From NCBI GenBank assembly GCA_030390025.1, contig CM059432.1, forward strand, positions 53,322,001-53,386,000: 64,000 bases of DNA, read 5' to 3'. Shown here one piece after another: positions 46,432 to 59,219 of the stretch. This DNA is from Squalus acanthias (taxonomy: Eukaryota). Below the pieces are notes generated by a model. It saw only the letters and a list, made by a program, of their open reading frames with translations, was not told the origin of the DNA and did no database searches. Made by a program: the position numbers and the translations under genes. Every line of letters starts with the position of its first letter. Within the stretch, counting starts at the first letter, position 1.

Positions 46432-49400
46432 AGGTGTTATTTTGGTGAAAGGGTGAAAACAGGCACTAAATGGGTGCTATACTAATAAGACACACGTATA
46501 TGAACGTCTGGTTTTAGCACGCAATTTTGGGCCTAATTGCTGATTACCATAATTTGAACTTGCCCAGAAGTGCTAAATCAGATAAATGCAGGTTTAGCAC
46601 TCTAGTGCTGATTTGGCATAATTTTTGTGGAGCAGTATATCTGGCTGGGGGTGGCGGGGGGGGTGCTAAATTCAGTAAGGCCCAAAAATGGGTGCCGATC
46701 TGCCCACGCCCATTGAAAGTAATTAGTGAAAGCGAAATTCGTGCTGCCTGCTAATTAAAATGATTGAAGCGCTGAGCCCAGCGCTGAACACGCTGCTGGT
46801 TGGCTCAGCTTCAATATCATAGGAAGTGTAATCTCTATTTAAAGGTAGCCTGCAGTGTGAAATGCAGTCTACACTTCTTAAAGGGGAGGTGCTTTCTGAA
46901 AGAAGCATCTCATTGTTAGTGTAGCTAAGGAAAGGTGAAGGTACCTGTGGCTCAACAGGGCAGAGAAAGGGTACCTCAGTTCTCCGATGCAGCACTGAAG
47001 GTCTTAGTGCAGGGGTTGAAAGGAGGAGACACTTCCTTTATCCACAGTGAGCCAGGAGGCCCTCGAGACAGAGTGTAAGAAGGCAGTGGGTGCAGAATGC
47101 TGAAGTGATCAATACCATCAGTCTTTCCCCCAGGACCTGGATCCAGCGCCACAAGAAGTTTAATGGTCAAGGTCAGTGAATGCATCTTCAAATGCCATCT
47201 CCCACCAACTACACCTCTAGCCTCACACACTGCTCTATGCACCACATCCCATCACTCATCTACCAACAATCTCTATCAATCACGACTCATACCTCACAAT
47301 CATTGCTTCACTTCACCCTCATACACTTACCACTGTTGTAAGCCTCACACCCATCTCTCACAACTTGCACACAATGCCAGCTATTCAACATTGTACCACA
47401 CTCACTGACTCACTTCACTTTCTCCAAGGTGGCACATAACCAACACCATCAACAACTAACAGACAGGGGCAGGCACGGCTGGAGGACCTGACCAAGCTGG
47501 AGGAGACAGTGCTGGATATCATTTGAGGGGCCATCACTGAGGGGGTGGCAGTTGGTGAGGCTGAAAGTCTCTCAGGATGACAGCATTCGTACTTCCACCA
47601 CTGCGACTCCGCCAGTGCCCTTACTGTTGCCTGTCAGCCAGCCAGCCCAGACTGCTGCCGCCCATGCCGAGGTGGTGCAGTCTACATCCGGGTCTTCTAG
47701 GCCCAGAGCTGTTTGAGGTTGTCCTGCAAGGCCATCTGCAGTCTCCCCCACTGAAAGTCAGCAGCCTTCCAACAGCACTTCATAGAAGCACTAGGATAGG
47801 CAAAAGTACACGACAGACAGATACTAAGGGAATGCACAAGGTGAATAGTTGACTTTGTTATGTAGTTTTGGAATTAATCATTTATAAATTATGCTTGGAA
47901 CGTTTGTTTTGTGGTTGCGTTCATTTCAGCATTGTAGCCAAGAGGATGCTGTGATATTGTATGACAAAGTGATGGTAAGGCAGAAGTGTTGAGCAAAGGG
48001 GATGTGGGGTTTCATTCAGGGGAACCGGAGTCTGATGAGGAGCTCACAGACAGCCCATCCGGAACGGGGATTTGCATGCTGCCTCCTCCTTCCTCCTCTT
48101 CCTCCTCATCCTCTTTCTCCTCCTCCTCTTTCTCTTCCTTCTCTTTCTCCTCCTTCTCTTTCTCCTCCTCCTCCTCTTTCTCCTCCTCCTCCTCTTTCTC
48201 CTCCTCCTCCTCCTCCTCCTCCTGAAGTGGTAACGGAACCTGTGGTGGGCTGCACTCTCATGATAGCCAAGTTGTGGAGGGTGCAGCAGACCACCACGAA
48301 ATGGGACACCTGTTCCGGCGACTACTGGAGAGCTCCTCCCAAGCAGTCAAGGCAGCAGAACAGTTACTTCAGCACCCCAATGGTCTGCTCGATGACATTC
48401 CTCATGGCAACATAGCTGTCATTATATGAGTGCTGGTCAGGAGTGGTGGGGTTGCGGAGGGGAGTCATCAGCCAGGTGTAGAGTGGCTAGCCCTTGTCGC
48501 CTAGCAGCCGCCCTCCGGTTCGACGTGTTTGATGGAACATCGCTGGCACAGCGGACTGGCGCAGGATGAATGCATCATACCGGGCATTCACCATGATGCA
48601 CTGGGCGTGGTCGCACACCAACTGCACATTAAGTGAGTGGTACCCTTTGCAGTTATGGTAGATCTCACCATTGATATGCCACGCCCGCAAAGCCACGTGT
48701 GTGCAGTCGATGGCGCCCTGCACCATGGGGAAGCCCGATATCCTGGCAAAGCCACGTGCACGCTCCTCCTGCTTCCCTCTGTTCAGAGAGAAGACAATGA
48801 AGACCCTTCTCCTAGAGTACAGAGCCTCTGTGACCTCCCAGATGCAGTAATGGATGGCGAACTGCAAGATCTTTTCTATGTCACCTATTCCAGCTGGAAG
48901 GATCGGCAGGCAAAAAAATTCAGGACAACAGTCACCTTGAGGGCCACTGCCAGGGCCGTCATCGTCCTGCTCTGAGGCTGCAGGTCTGGTTCCAAGAGGT
49001 GGCAGAGTTCTGTGACCACCTCCTTGGTGAAGCAGAGCCACCGAAAACACTGCTCCTGGCTTAGGTGCAGGTAGGAGAAGTGCTGCCTGAAGACCCTAGG
49101 TGGATAAGGCCTCCTGCTGAGAGCCTTCCTCCTCCTCCCTCTGCGAGCAGCTTGTCTTTTCTACCTCTGCTCTATCTCCCTGTCAGGCTGCAGCGCAAGG
49201 GCAACTACAACTAGAGCCCTCATGACTGGGAGCAAGTGCTATACTTAGAGGCCTTCCAGTAGCAGCCAACGCCTTCCCAACGTCCAGCAGCACTCCCTGC
49301 ACACTTTAACAATGTTATAAATGTCTTCCAGCAAGCCAGTATTCATCTAAACTTTGCAAGAGCCAGTACAAGAGAAATAAACAACTTACCTGCAAGTTGG

Positions 49401-49712
49401 ATGTATCCGTTTAAATAGTGCTGGTGGACAGCCTCTCCTGCAACTGAACGCAGGTTCAGGCGTGTGTGTTTAGGAGAGGGTGTTGATTGGAACGGCGATG
49501 TCCAAAATGGCTGGCCGTGCATCAAATCAGCGTTACGCGCTGACTGATGTCATGATCTGCCTACTCTGCATACTGCTGGCGCATGCACATCCCACCCGCG
49601 CTATTGCTCTCACCAAGACGGCGAACAATGTGGGCCACTCCGGAAGCGGACGGAAGCGAGGCGGACCCCATTTTTTTTCCAAACCGGCGCTAAGGTGCCA
49701 AATTTCGTGGCC
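46432..49712. mobile_element. Decayed Harbinger element: deleted Myb gene on + (about 46960-47850), transposase on - (about 48040-49223)
   Basis: FSDAALKVLVQ on +; GFPMVQGAIDCTHV, LLGDKG*, NVIEQTIG and CCTLHNLA on -; boundaries approximate. Confidence 0.85.
48081..48222. repeat. (TCC)n/TCTTTC pyrimidine repeat in the transposase acidic-tail region
   Basis: Seen directly. Confidence 0.9.
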
Positions 49713-50159
49713 GTGAGCTCCACGCACCCACTTCCACTGAAGGTGTGGATTGGGCTGGCTGACACACAGTGGCAGGTTTCAGGATGGCTCAGGAACCAAG
49801 TGAGATGGCGCATAGGTTCTTGGACTCAGTGCTGGAGGAGGTCCAGAGCGGGAGGGATGTCCTTTACCTGCAGAGGGAAAGAGTCCACCTTGCCCCCCTG
49901 TCTCTCTCTCCTGCAGCAGCTGGTGCTGCTCTGCCTAGTCTCATCTCCTGCTCCCTTCCTCCTGGTGAATCCTATAAGGTGTTCAATAAGGTACAGTAGC
50001 ACAGCACTCACTCTTTTTAGGTGAAGTTCTCAGAGAATTTCCAGAATAAATGTTGATAAGGTGTTGGTTAAGTCTTGACAAAGGGTCCCAGAAAGTCTCC
50101 TGATGTGTTTCAAAAGTCCTCTTCAAACCTGCATATGCAAATGAACGGTAAAAGATTAA

Positions 50160-53100
50160 GGAGGAAAAATTCGTCCCGTTAGCGCCAGTAGATGATGCTG
50201 ATGGGGCGCTAGATCGGTATCGCTGGGGTGAGACCAATCCAGCATCCCACATGCCAAATCTGGCCCCGCCATAGCGCCGCCGTTAAGAGGTATCGCCGGG
50301 AACATGAACGCCAGGTAGATCATGACGTCAGTGAGTGTGCAACGCTCACTGACCGCCCGATTTGCAAAATTGATTCTCGCCACTTACCTCATCGCCCGGA
50401 GTAAACACCGACAGGGAGAGTTGGCGTACAGCACCAGGAAGCCAGCTCCAGGGACATTATTTAAAGGGATCATTAGTAATCACTCGCAGCTGTCAGGTTA
50501 GTGCAGTTTCACTGGTTTTTTGCTAGTTTCAATCAGTAATTTCAAGGTTCTTTTGTATCAGGAGTCTTCTGGCAACCATAAAGTAGCTACATTTATTCTT
50601 CAAAGATTCAAACTGCTACACTTGGTAACATTAATGGGGGCTGTACTGTCATGCCACCTTGCCCTCCAGGATCGACGATGAAGGAAGCATAGCCAGGAGA
50701 AATACGGGAACATGTGCGCAGAGAGATGAGGAGGGACATCAGGGCTCTCACCAGGAGGCTTTACCCTCCGAGGGTATTCTGAGAGCATTTTTCCTACCTT
50801 CAATTAAGCAAGGAGCAGTGTATTAGACAGCTCCGCTTCACCAAGGAGGTGGTCACAGAACTCTGCCGCCTCCTCCAAACAGACCTCCAGCCTCACAGCA
50901 GGATGACTTAAAGCCCAGATCCCCTTTGCTCACCACATCCCCATCGTCCCATATCACAGGCCATATCACAACTCAAAGCTGAAATGAGACACACCACAAA
51001 AGCAATCCCTTAGTGCCTGTCGGTACTGTGCCTTTTCCTGCTCTAGTGCTCCTACAAAGTGTTGGCCCAGTGGCTGCAGCACGGCTGGTGGAAGGCTGCT
51101 GAGTGTCCGTGCGGGAGACTTCAGATGGCCTTGCAGGATGTCTCTACCAGCTCTGGACCTGGAAGGCCCGGCTGTAGACTGCACCACCTCAGCATGGGCG
51201 GCAGCAGTCTGGGCTGGCTGGATGATGGGCAGCGACAAGGGCAATGGCGGAGTGGCAGTGGTGGGAGCAGGAATGCTGTCATCCTGAGAGAGGACAGCAG
51301 GTTCCTGCTCCATTGACCCACTGCCACTCCCCCAGGGCAGCACCTCAGCATCCCGAGCAATCTGTTGGAGCACAGATTGCTGGCCTGCTACGACACCGTG
51401 AAAGCCCTGGTCGACGGTAGTAGACCCAGCCACGATGACAGCAGTCAGAGCTTGCGTGGTATCAAGCTGAGACTGCATGAGAGCAGTCTGAGATTGGATC
51501 CCACCAAGCATAGACTGCATTACAGCACTAAGACATTGCGTCACTTCCACCTGTGCTGCAATGGAAGCTGCCAGATCACCCATCACACGCGGCATCAGGC
51601 CTGGGTCGCCACGGTCTCTCTGGGAGTCTACCATCCTTTCCAGACTGGAAATGATGGGCTCCATGGTGTGCGCAGAGCCTTGTGCAATGTTGGAGATGAA
51701 CTCCTCCAGGCTCCTTACTATTGCTGAGAGGCTCTTGGGCACCATTGTCATTGCACCTGTCATCTCCGTGTGCATGCCCATCACTCTTCTTCTAAAGGCC
51801 TCCCCACTGAGGTCCTCATCTGAGTCCTGTGCAGCAGAACTCGTGTGCGAACTCGCCCGCCAGGGAGCTGGCCCCTGAGCTACCCTTTCCACCTGGCCTT
51901 GCTGCAGCCCACTTGTCCCCGGTGCCTCACCCTGTGCAGATCCCACTACTATACTAGCCTCTAAAGAATGCGTAGTGCCAGTATCTGAACTGGTGCCTGC
52001 AGGTGAGACATGCCGTGACACGATGTTTTCTTCCTCCTCCTCTTCTGCCACCTCGTTCTCTACCATGCCCTCAGGGACAGGCTGCTCAGGTGTTTGTTGA
52101 TTATCTGAAAGCATAAAGGTACAAGAGTCGGGTTAAGGTGCGGGGAGGGTAACAGGAAGGGAGAAATGCATGCATACAGCATGATTAGCTGGAAAGTGCG
52201 AAATGCTTGTGGGGTGAGGGGGAAGTGGGATGTGAGAAGAAGAGGTAGGGATAAACATACCACCACCTGGCACCCAATGATTTGCAGCACTCTATTCTCC
52301 AGCGCAGACAGTGGTAGTGTGTCGGCTTGTCCCCCGTCTGTGCATTCCTGCTCCCCCCTGTTGGGTATCACCTTGGCCTGCAAGAGAAAGGAAAGTGTGT
52401 GAATGAGTGCAGAGCAATGTGTTTGGGTGATGTGCCTGCCATAGTTAAATAGCTGTCATTGTGTGCAAGGTGTGAGTGTTGGTAGGTAGAGATTGTTGGT
52501 GGGGTGAGTGCTGAGGGTGTGGTGCTATGGGCAGTGTGTGAAGATTGTGGTTCAGATGTTGGTATGTAGCATTTGTTGAAACATTAATTCACCCTGACCA
52601 CCTGACTGAGGTCGTTAAATTTCTTTCTGCACTGTGCCCGAGATGTGCTGCACTACCTCCCTCCACATGGTGCGGAAGACTTGTGGCGAGGGCCTCCTGC
52701 CACTTGCCGGGTAGAGCACTGCCCTCCATCTCTCCACAGTGAAAACCCATGCCTCTAATGCTTCATCGGAGAATCCATGGGCTCTCTCCCTGGAGCATGC
52801 GCCTACCATGAGCACACCTGGTTCAGTCCTCCGGCTCCTTCTCCTTGTTCTGCTTCTCCTTGCTGAGGCAGCTGCACAGCCAGTAATGCTGAGAATGAGG
52901 TGCTGCAGCATGAATGAACCTCCCCTTTAAGTAGTGAAAAAAGCCTGTGGCAATGATGCGTGCGATTAGACTGCAACCGATATTGGTCCACCCTTTAAGT
53001 GTAATGCCAATGAGCTTGGGTTTTAAGACTTGATTTAGGACTCCAATCATTTTATTGAGCAGTGAGCACAAATTTTTCGTGCAGTCTAAAGCATTTGCGC

Positions 53101-53167
53101 CTGGTGCTAATTCTCCAACTTTTTTACTGGCACTGCCCATTCCTTGGCTATAACGAATTTCTAGCCC
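50160..53167. mobile_element. Harbinger element with the transposase mostly deleted (5' remnant about 50630-50905, +) and a Myb gene on -
   Basis: TIR-like GGAGGAAAAATTCG / CGAATTTCTAGCCC; YPPRVF*EHFSYL...RQLRFTKEVVTELCRLLQTDLQP. Confidence 0.8.
50966..52809 (-). pseudogene. Harbinger Myb/SANT-like gene (exons about 52809-52593, 52377-52261, 52104-50966)
   Basis: RERAHGFSDEALEAWV...QCRKKFNDL with a frameshift in exon 1; long open exon 3 (382-aa ORF). Confidence 0.8.
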
Positions 53168-53625
53168 CTGCACATGAGTCTTATGGATATGATAAGTAGT
53201 ACAAATGTGATGAGTAGTGTAATTGTGATGAGTAGTATGAATGTATAATGTTTAATAGTATATGGGAATTCTACAGATGAAATATTAGCATTACTTCAAA
53301 GTATCTTCAGAAAATGTATATAACAAGTTAAATTTGGTGAGGCCCAAGTTTCTCGTAGGGACTTGCATTTTAAAAATGTAAAATAAATTTTGGGAATTTG
53401 GAGAGAGTGGAATTCGGAGCAGAGGGGTGGGTGGGTTGTAGGAGGTGTTGTTTTTTGCCTTCAATCTTTTTTCTTACAGGTAAATAATTAATTTAATCTG
53501 CCTAGAACTAAAACTAACTAGTAATTAGTACTAACTAGTAATTAGTTAAAAACTAAACTATAAGCTAAGTTAATTAAATATATACATTTTAATTAACTAA
53601 ATAAATAAAACAAGATTATAAAGGG

Positions 53626-54560
53626 ATGGCAGTGCAGGTGCTGTGCCGCAACTGCAGCATGTGGGAGTTTGTGGAGAGCATTGTGATCCCAGGCGACCAC
53701 GACTGCAGTAAGTGTCTGCATCTTGAGGAGCTTCAGCGCTGGAGTCTGAGGTGCAGACATTGCGGGGCATCAGGGAGGGGGAGAGTTACCTGGACACTTT
53801 GATCCAGGAGGCAGTCACACCCCTTAGGTGAGGTAGTGGTACAGATCTGGTTAGTGGTCAGGGACAGGAGGGTGTGACTGCAACTCAGGCAGGTAAGGGG
53901 ACCTCAGGTGCAGTGCTGGAGGAGCCTCGGCCTTTGCCCTTATCCAACAGGTATGAGGTTCTTGCTGCCTGTGTGCATGAGGGCAAAAGTCTGCAGGGTA
54001 GATGAGCAAACTAACCATGACACCGTGATACAGGAGGCCTTTCAAATGGGGGGAGTGAAAGGGAATGTAGTTGTAGTCGGGGACAGTATAGTCAGGGGGA
54101 TAGATACTGCTCTCTGCAGCTGTGACTGGGAGTTTCGAAGGCTGTGTTGCCTGCCTGGTGCCAGGGTTAAGGATATCTCCTCGTGGCTGGAGAAGAATTT
54201 TGAGTGGGAAGGGGAGGATCCAGTTGTCGTGATCCACGTAGGAACCAACGACATAGGTAGAACTAGGAATGAGGTTCTGCTGAGCGAGTTTGAGGAGCTA
54301 GGATCCAAATTAAAAAGCAGAGCCACAAAGGTAATAATCTCAGTCTCTGGATTGCTACCTGAACCACGTGCAGATTGGCATAGGGACAAGCAGATCAGAG
54401 AGTTAAATGCGTGGCTCAAAGAGTGAGGTGGGAGGAAGGGGTTTTGATTCATGGGGCACTGGCACCAGTACTGGGGAAAGAGGGAGCTGTTCTGTTGGGA
54501 CAATCTCCACTTAAACTGGGCTGGGACCAGTGTCCTGGTGAATCAAATAACTAGGACTGT
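53626..54560 (+). pseudogene. CR1 ORF1 with a Cys-rich N-terminus and SGNH/GDSL esterase domain
   Basis: CRNCSMWE...CSKC; VVVVGDSIVRG, CLPGARV, VIHVGTND, DNLHLN; contains stops. Confidence 0.88.
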
Positions 54561-54573
54561 AGGTAGGGTCATA

Positions 54574-55316
54574 GGGCTAAAAATTGAGTTGCGCCCCATT
54601 TGGGGCGCTAACCTCGCCGGGGCGCTACTTTTAGCGCCCCGAAAAAATTAGCGGCCCCGTGCCGGAACTTCAGTGGTTGCGCCCCAAGAGGGAAACGGGG
54701 CACCACTGGAAGCACCCCGCATCCCTCTTGGGGCGCTGCGAGGGAATATCCTGGCGCTACGTGCCGCGGTATTGCAGGCCTTCCTCCCCTTCTTAAAGGG
54801 GAGGGACCCTGCGCAGCGCGAACCGGGGCCCAGCTGGGCCCCCAGGGATCGGGAGTGCCGGCAAAAGAGCCCGGCACTCAAGAGAAGTGCCGGGCTCTTG
54901 GAGCGCAGCCGGCACTTCACGGTGGGGGGGCTTCACGGGGGCCGGGGACAGCAACGGGGGCAGGTGCTGGCAGGCGGCCAGCAACAAAAATGGCCGCCTG
55001 CCACCTCCCCTTTAAATATTGCCGCCCCGGCCGCACGTACGCCTCCCTGAACCCGTCGGACATAGCGTCTGGCGGTAAATCAGGGGGCGCGACTGAAGAT
55101 CGCGGCTGGAGCGCGAGCGGGGTGCTGCGCACGGCGATGACGTCATCGCCGGCGGCGCAGCGCCACAGGGCGCTACCGGCTGGCGCCGCCGCTAACCTCC
55201 CGCTGAATTTTACGGGAGGCGTGGGCGGCGCTGCGCCCGGGCGTTAGCTGCTTTACGCCCCATTAGCGCCCTCTTAAGGCGCTAACGGGAGGCGCAAGCA
55301 GCTGAATTTTTCCCCC
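54574..55316. mobile_element. CpG-rich Harbinger-type MITE family C nested in CR1
   Basis: Ends GGGCTAAAAATT / AATTTTTCCCCC; abrupt GC-rich block between ORF1 and ORF2. Confidence 0.8.
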
Positions 55317-55880
55317 AGAGAGTTTAACGGTAATAGTGCATCAGCGAATAAGGTGAAAGCAGGGAATAATGGTAAAAAGTTAATAATAAAGGCTCTTTAT
55401 CTAAATGAACAAAGCATTCGTAACAAGATAAATGAATTAGTGGCACAAATAGAGATAAATGGCTTTGATTTAACAGCCATTACAGAGACATGTTTGCATG
55501 GTGAACAAGGTTGAGAACTAAATATTCCAGGGTACTTGATGTTTTGAAAAGACAGGCAGAATGGAAAAGGAGGGCGTGGGGGTAGCCCTGATAATAAAGG
55601 CTGACCTAAGGACAGAAGTGAGAAAGGATCTTGGCTCGGAAAATCAGGAAGTAGAATCAGTATGGCTGGAGTTAAGAAATAACAAGGGGCAGAAAACACT
55701 GGTGGGAGTAATTTATAGGCCTCCAAACAGTAGCTATACCATTGGACAGAGTATTAATCAACAAATAATAGTAGCTTGTAACAAAGGTAATATAATAATC
55801 ATAGGGACTTTAATCTTCATCTAGACTGGGCAAATCAAATTGGCAAAAGTAGTGTGGAGGATGAGTTCATGGAATCCATT

Positions 55881-57280
55881 CAACAACAACTTGTATTTAT
55901 ATAGCACCTTTAATGCAGTAAAACGTACCAAGGCACTTCACAGGAGTATTATAAGACAAAAAATTTGACACCGAGCCACATAAGGATAAATTTGGGCAGG
56001 TGACCAAAAGCTTGGTCAAAGAGGTAGGTTTTAAGGAGCATCTTAAAGGAGGAAAGAGAGGTAGCAAGGCGCAAAGGCTTAGGCAGGGAATTCCAGAGCT
56101 TAGGGCCTAGGCAACAGAAGGCACGGCCACCAATGGTGGAGCGATTATAATCAGGGATGCTCAAGAGGGCAGAATTAGAGGAGCGCAGATATCTCAGGGC
56201 TGGGGTGGGGGCGGGGGGGGGGGGCGTGGGGGAGTTGTGGGGCTGAAGGAGATTACAGAGATAGGGAGGGGAGAGGCCATGGAGGGATTTGAAAACAAGG
56301 ATGAGAATTTTAAAATCAAGGCGTTCCTTAACCGGGAGCCGATGTAGGTCAGTGAGCACAGGGGTGATGGGTGAACGGGACTTGGTGCGAATTAGGACAT
56401 GGGCAGCCGAGTTTTGGATGACCTCAAGTTTACGTAGGGTAGAATGTGGGAGGCCAGCCAGGAGTGCGTTGGAATAGACAAGTCTAGAGGTAACAAAGGC
56501 ATGGATGAGGGTTTCAGCAACAGATGAGCTGAGGCAAGGGCGGAGACGGGCGATGTTACAGAAGTGGAAATAGGCGGTCTTAGTTATGCTGCAGATATTT
56601 GGTCAGAAGCTCATTTCAGGGTCAAATATGACACCAAGGTTGCGAACAGTGTGGTTGAGCCTCAGACAGATGTTAGGGAGAGGGATGGAGTCAGTCACTA
56701 GGGAACAGAGTTTGTGGCGGGGACTGAAAACAATGGCTTCGGTCTTCCCAGTATTTAATTGGAGAAAATTTCTGGATGTTGGACAAGCAGTCTGACAATT
56801 TAGAGACCGTGGAGGGGTCGAGAGAAGAAGTAGTGAGGTAAAAGCTGGGTTTCGTCAGCGTACATGTGGAAACTGACGCTGTGTTTTCGGATGATGTCGC
56901 CAAGGGGCAACATGTAGATGAGAAATAGGAGGGGGCCAAGGATAGATCCTTGGGGGACACCAGAGGTAACGATGTGGGAGCAGGAAGAGAAGCCGTTGCA
57001 GGTGATTCTCTGGCTATGATTATATCGATAAGAATGGAACCAGGCGAGTGCAGTCCCACCCAGCTGGACGACGGTGGAGAGGCGTTGGAGAAGGATGGAG
57101 TGGTCAACCGTGTCAAAGGCTGCAGACAAGTCAAGAAGATGAGGAGGGATAGTTTACATTTGTCACAGTCACAAAGGATGTCATTTGTGACTTTGATGAG
57201 AGCTGTTTCGGTACTGTGGCAAGGATGGAAACCTGATTAGGATGATTCAAACATGGAATTGCGGGAAAGATAGGCATGGA
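55881..57280 (-). mobile_element. L2 LINE 3' portion nested in CR1
   Basis: [40 protein letters not shown]; (GTT)n tail. Confidence 0.93.
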
Positions 57281-58076
57281 TGGGCATTCGAGACTGTTTC
57301 CTAGAACAATACATCATGGAACCAACCAGGGAACAGATTATTTTAGATATTGTATTGTGTAATGGGACAGAGTTAATTAGTAATCTCATAGTAAAGGATC
57401 CTCTGGGGAAGAGTGATCATAATATGATAAATTCCACATTGAGTTTGAGAGTGAAATACTTCAGTTGGAAACAAGAGTCTTAAACATAAATAAAACCAAT
57501 TACATAGTTTTGAGGGGGTGAGTTAGCTAAGGCAGATTGGGAAATTAGATTGAAAGGTATGATGGTAGATAAGCAGTGCCAAACATTTAAAGAAATATTC
57601 CAATATTCTCAACAAATATATATTCCATTGAAAGAGAAAAACTTCATGGGAAAAGTGATCCTACTGTGGCTAACTAAAGAAGCTAAGGATAGTATTAGAT
57701 TAAAAAAGGCTTATAATGTTGCGAAGAATAATAGTAAGCCTGAGGATTGGGAGATCTTTAGAAACCAGCAAAGGATGACCAAAAAAGTGATTAAAAGGGA
57801 GAAAATAGAATACGAGAGAAACTAGCAAGAACTATAAAAATAGATTCTACAAGTATGCAAAAAGGAAGAGAGTAGCAAAACTAAGTGTTGGTTCTTTAAA
57901 GGCTAGACAGGTGAAATTATAATGGGGAATAAGGAAATGGCAGAGACTTAAAAAAAATATTTTGTATCTGTCTTCACAGTAGAAGACACAAAAAGCATAC
58001 CAAAAATAGTGGGGAACAAAAGGGCTAATAAGAGTGAGGAACTTAAAGTAATTAATATCAGTAGTGAGAAAGTACT

Positions 58077-58177
58077 TAGAACATAAGAACATAAGAAATA
58101 GGAGCAGGAGTAGGCCAATCGGCCCCTCGAGCCTGCTCCGCCATTCAATAAGACCATGGCTGATCTGATCCTAACCG
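58077..58177 (-). mobile_element. Short CR1 3' tail nested in CR1
   Basis: AGAACATA repeats plus the reverse complement of the 37955-38040 tail. Confidence 0.8.
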
Positions 58178-58543
58178 CCAATCTACTATCTATCACAGAA
58201 CCATCTCCTGCATCTAACAGAATTGAGAAACTAATGGACTAAAAGCTAAAAAAAATCCCTTGGACCTGATGGCTTACATCCTAGGGTTCAAAAGAGGTAG
58301 CTGCAGAGATAGTGGATGCATTGGTTGTGATCTTCCAAAATTCCCTAGATTCTAGAATGGTCCCAGCGGATTGAAAGGTAGCAAATATAACCCCCCTATT
58401 CAAGAAAGGAGAGAGAGAAAAAACAGGGAACTGTAGGCCAGTTAGCCTGACATAAGTCATCAGGAAAATGCTGGAATCCATTATTGAGGAAGTGGTAACA
58501 GGGCACTTAGAAAATCAAAATATGATTAGGCAGAATCAATAAT

Positions 58544-59219
58544 GGCCCAGAAATTCCGTTCACAGCCCTCCTGCGGGTGGAGGGCTGCGATTTGGAAAAA
58601 TCTCCGCCTGGACCGGAGGATCCCAGGAGGCACAGAGTTCCGTTGCTGTGCCTCTTCAAACTGCCGGTGTGCAGGGCACGCGTATCCCAGGGGCGCAGGT
58701 AGTTCGCAGCGTCCCTGGGATCACGTGGGCCATGGGGAGCCAATCAGAGCAGGGAATCTCCATTCATAGATTTGACAGGAAGACCTGTCAAATCTATGAA
58801 TAGAGATCACCCCCAAAACATAAGTAAATCTTTAAATACATTTTAAAAAAAAATCACATTTTTAAAATGACTATAAATTACATAAATTAACTATTTTAAA
58901 CAAAAATTTAAATTTTTGAAGAAAATAATTAAAGTTTTTAACAGGGCTAACTTTCTTCAACCCTTAGCCTGGTAAAAGCAGGCCTTGCGTCTGCTTTTAC
59001 AGGCACAAGAATTATAAGTGTTTTCTGCGGGCTGAGGGTCTCCAAAAAAATGGAACTCTCCACCTGCAGAGGCCCTGCTCCAGCGCAGCCGGAGCTTTCT
59101 TGACAGATCGGAAATGCCGGTTTCCAGCACATGCGCAGTGCATGCCTAAAAGTAGCATTTCCGTTGGCCCTACGGGTGAGTACACAGCGCGTACTCGTAG
59201 GGACTGGAATTTCTGCCTC
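58544..59219. mobile_element. Harbinger-type MITE family A copy 3 nested in the CR1 RT
   Basis: Ends GGCCCAGAAATTCC / GGAATTTCTGCCTC; interrupts IRQNQ|HGFMKGKS. Confidence 0.85.

Noticed and set aside
47986..48415. Poly-Ser, poly-Pro and poly-Gly ORFs
   Set aside because: They come from a simple repeat within a transposase remnant.
54608..55247. Overlapping ORFs and a CpG-island promoter
   Set aside because: The region coincides with a TIR-bounded GC-rich MITE inserted in a CR1.
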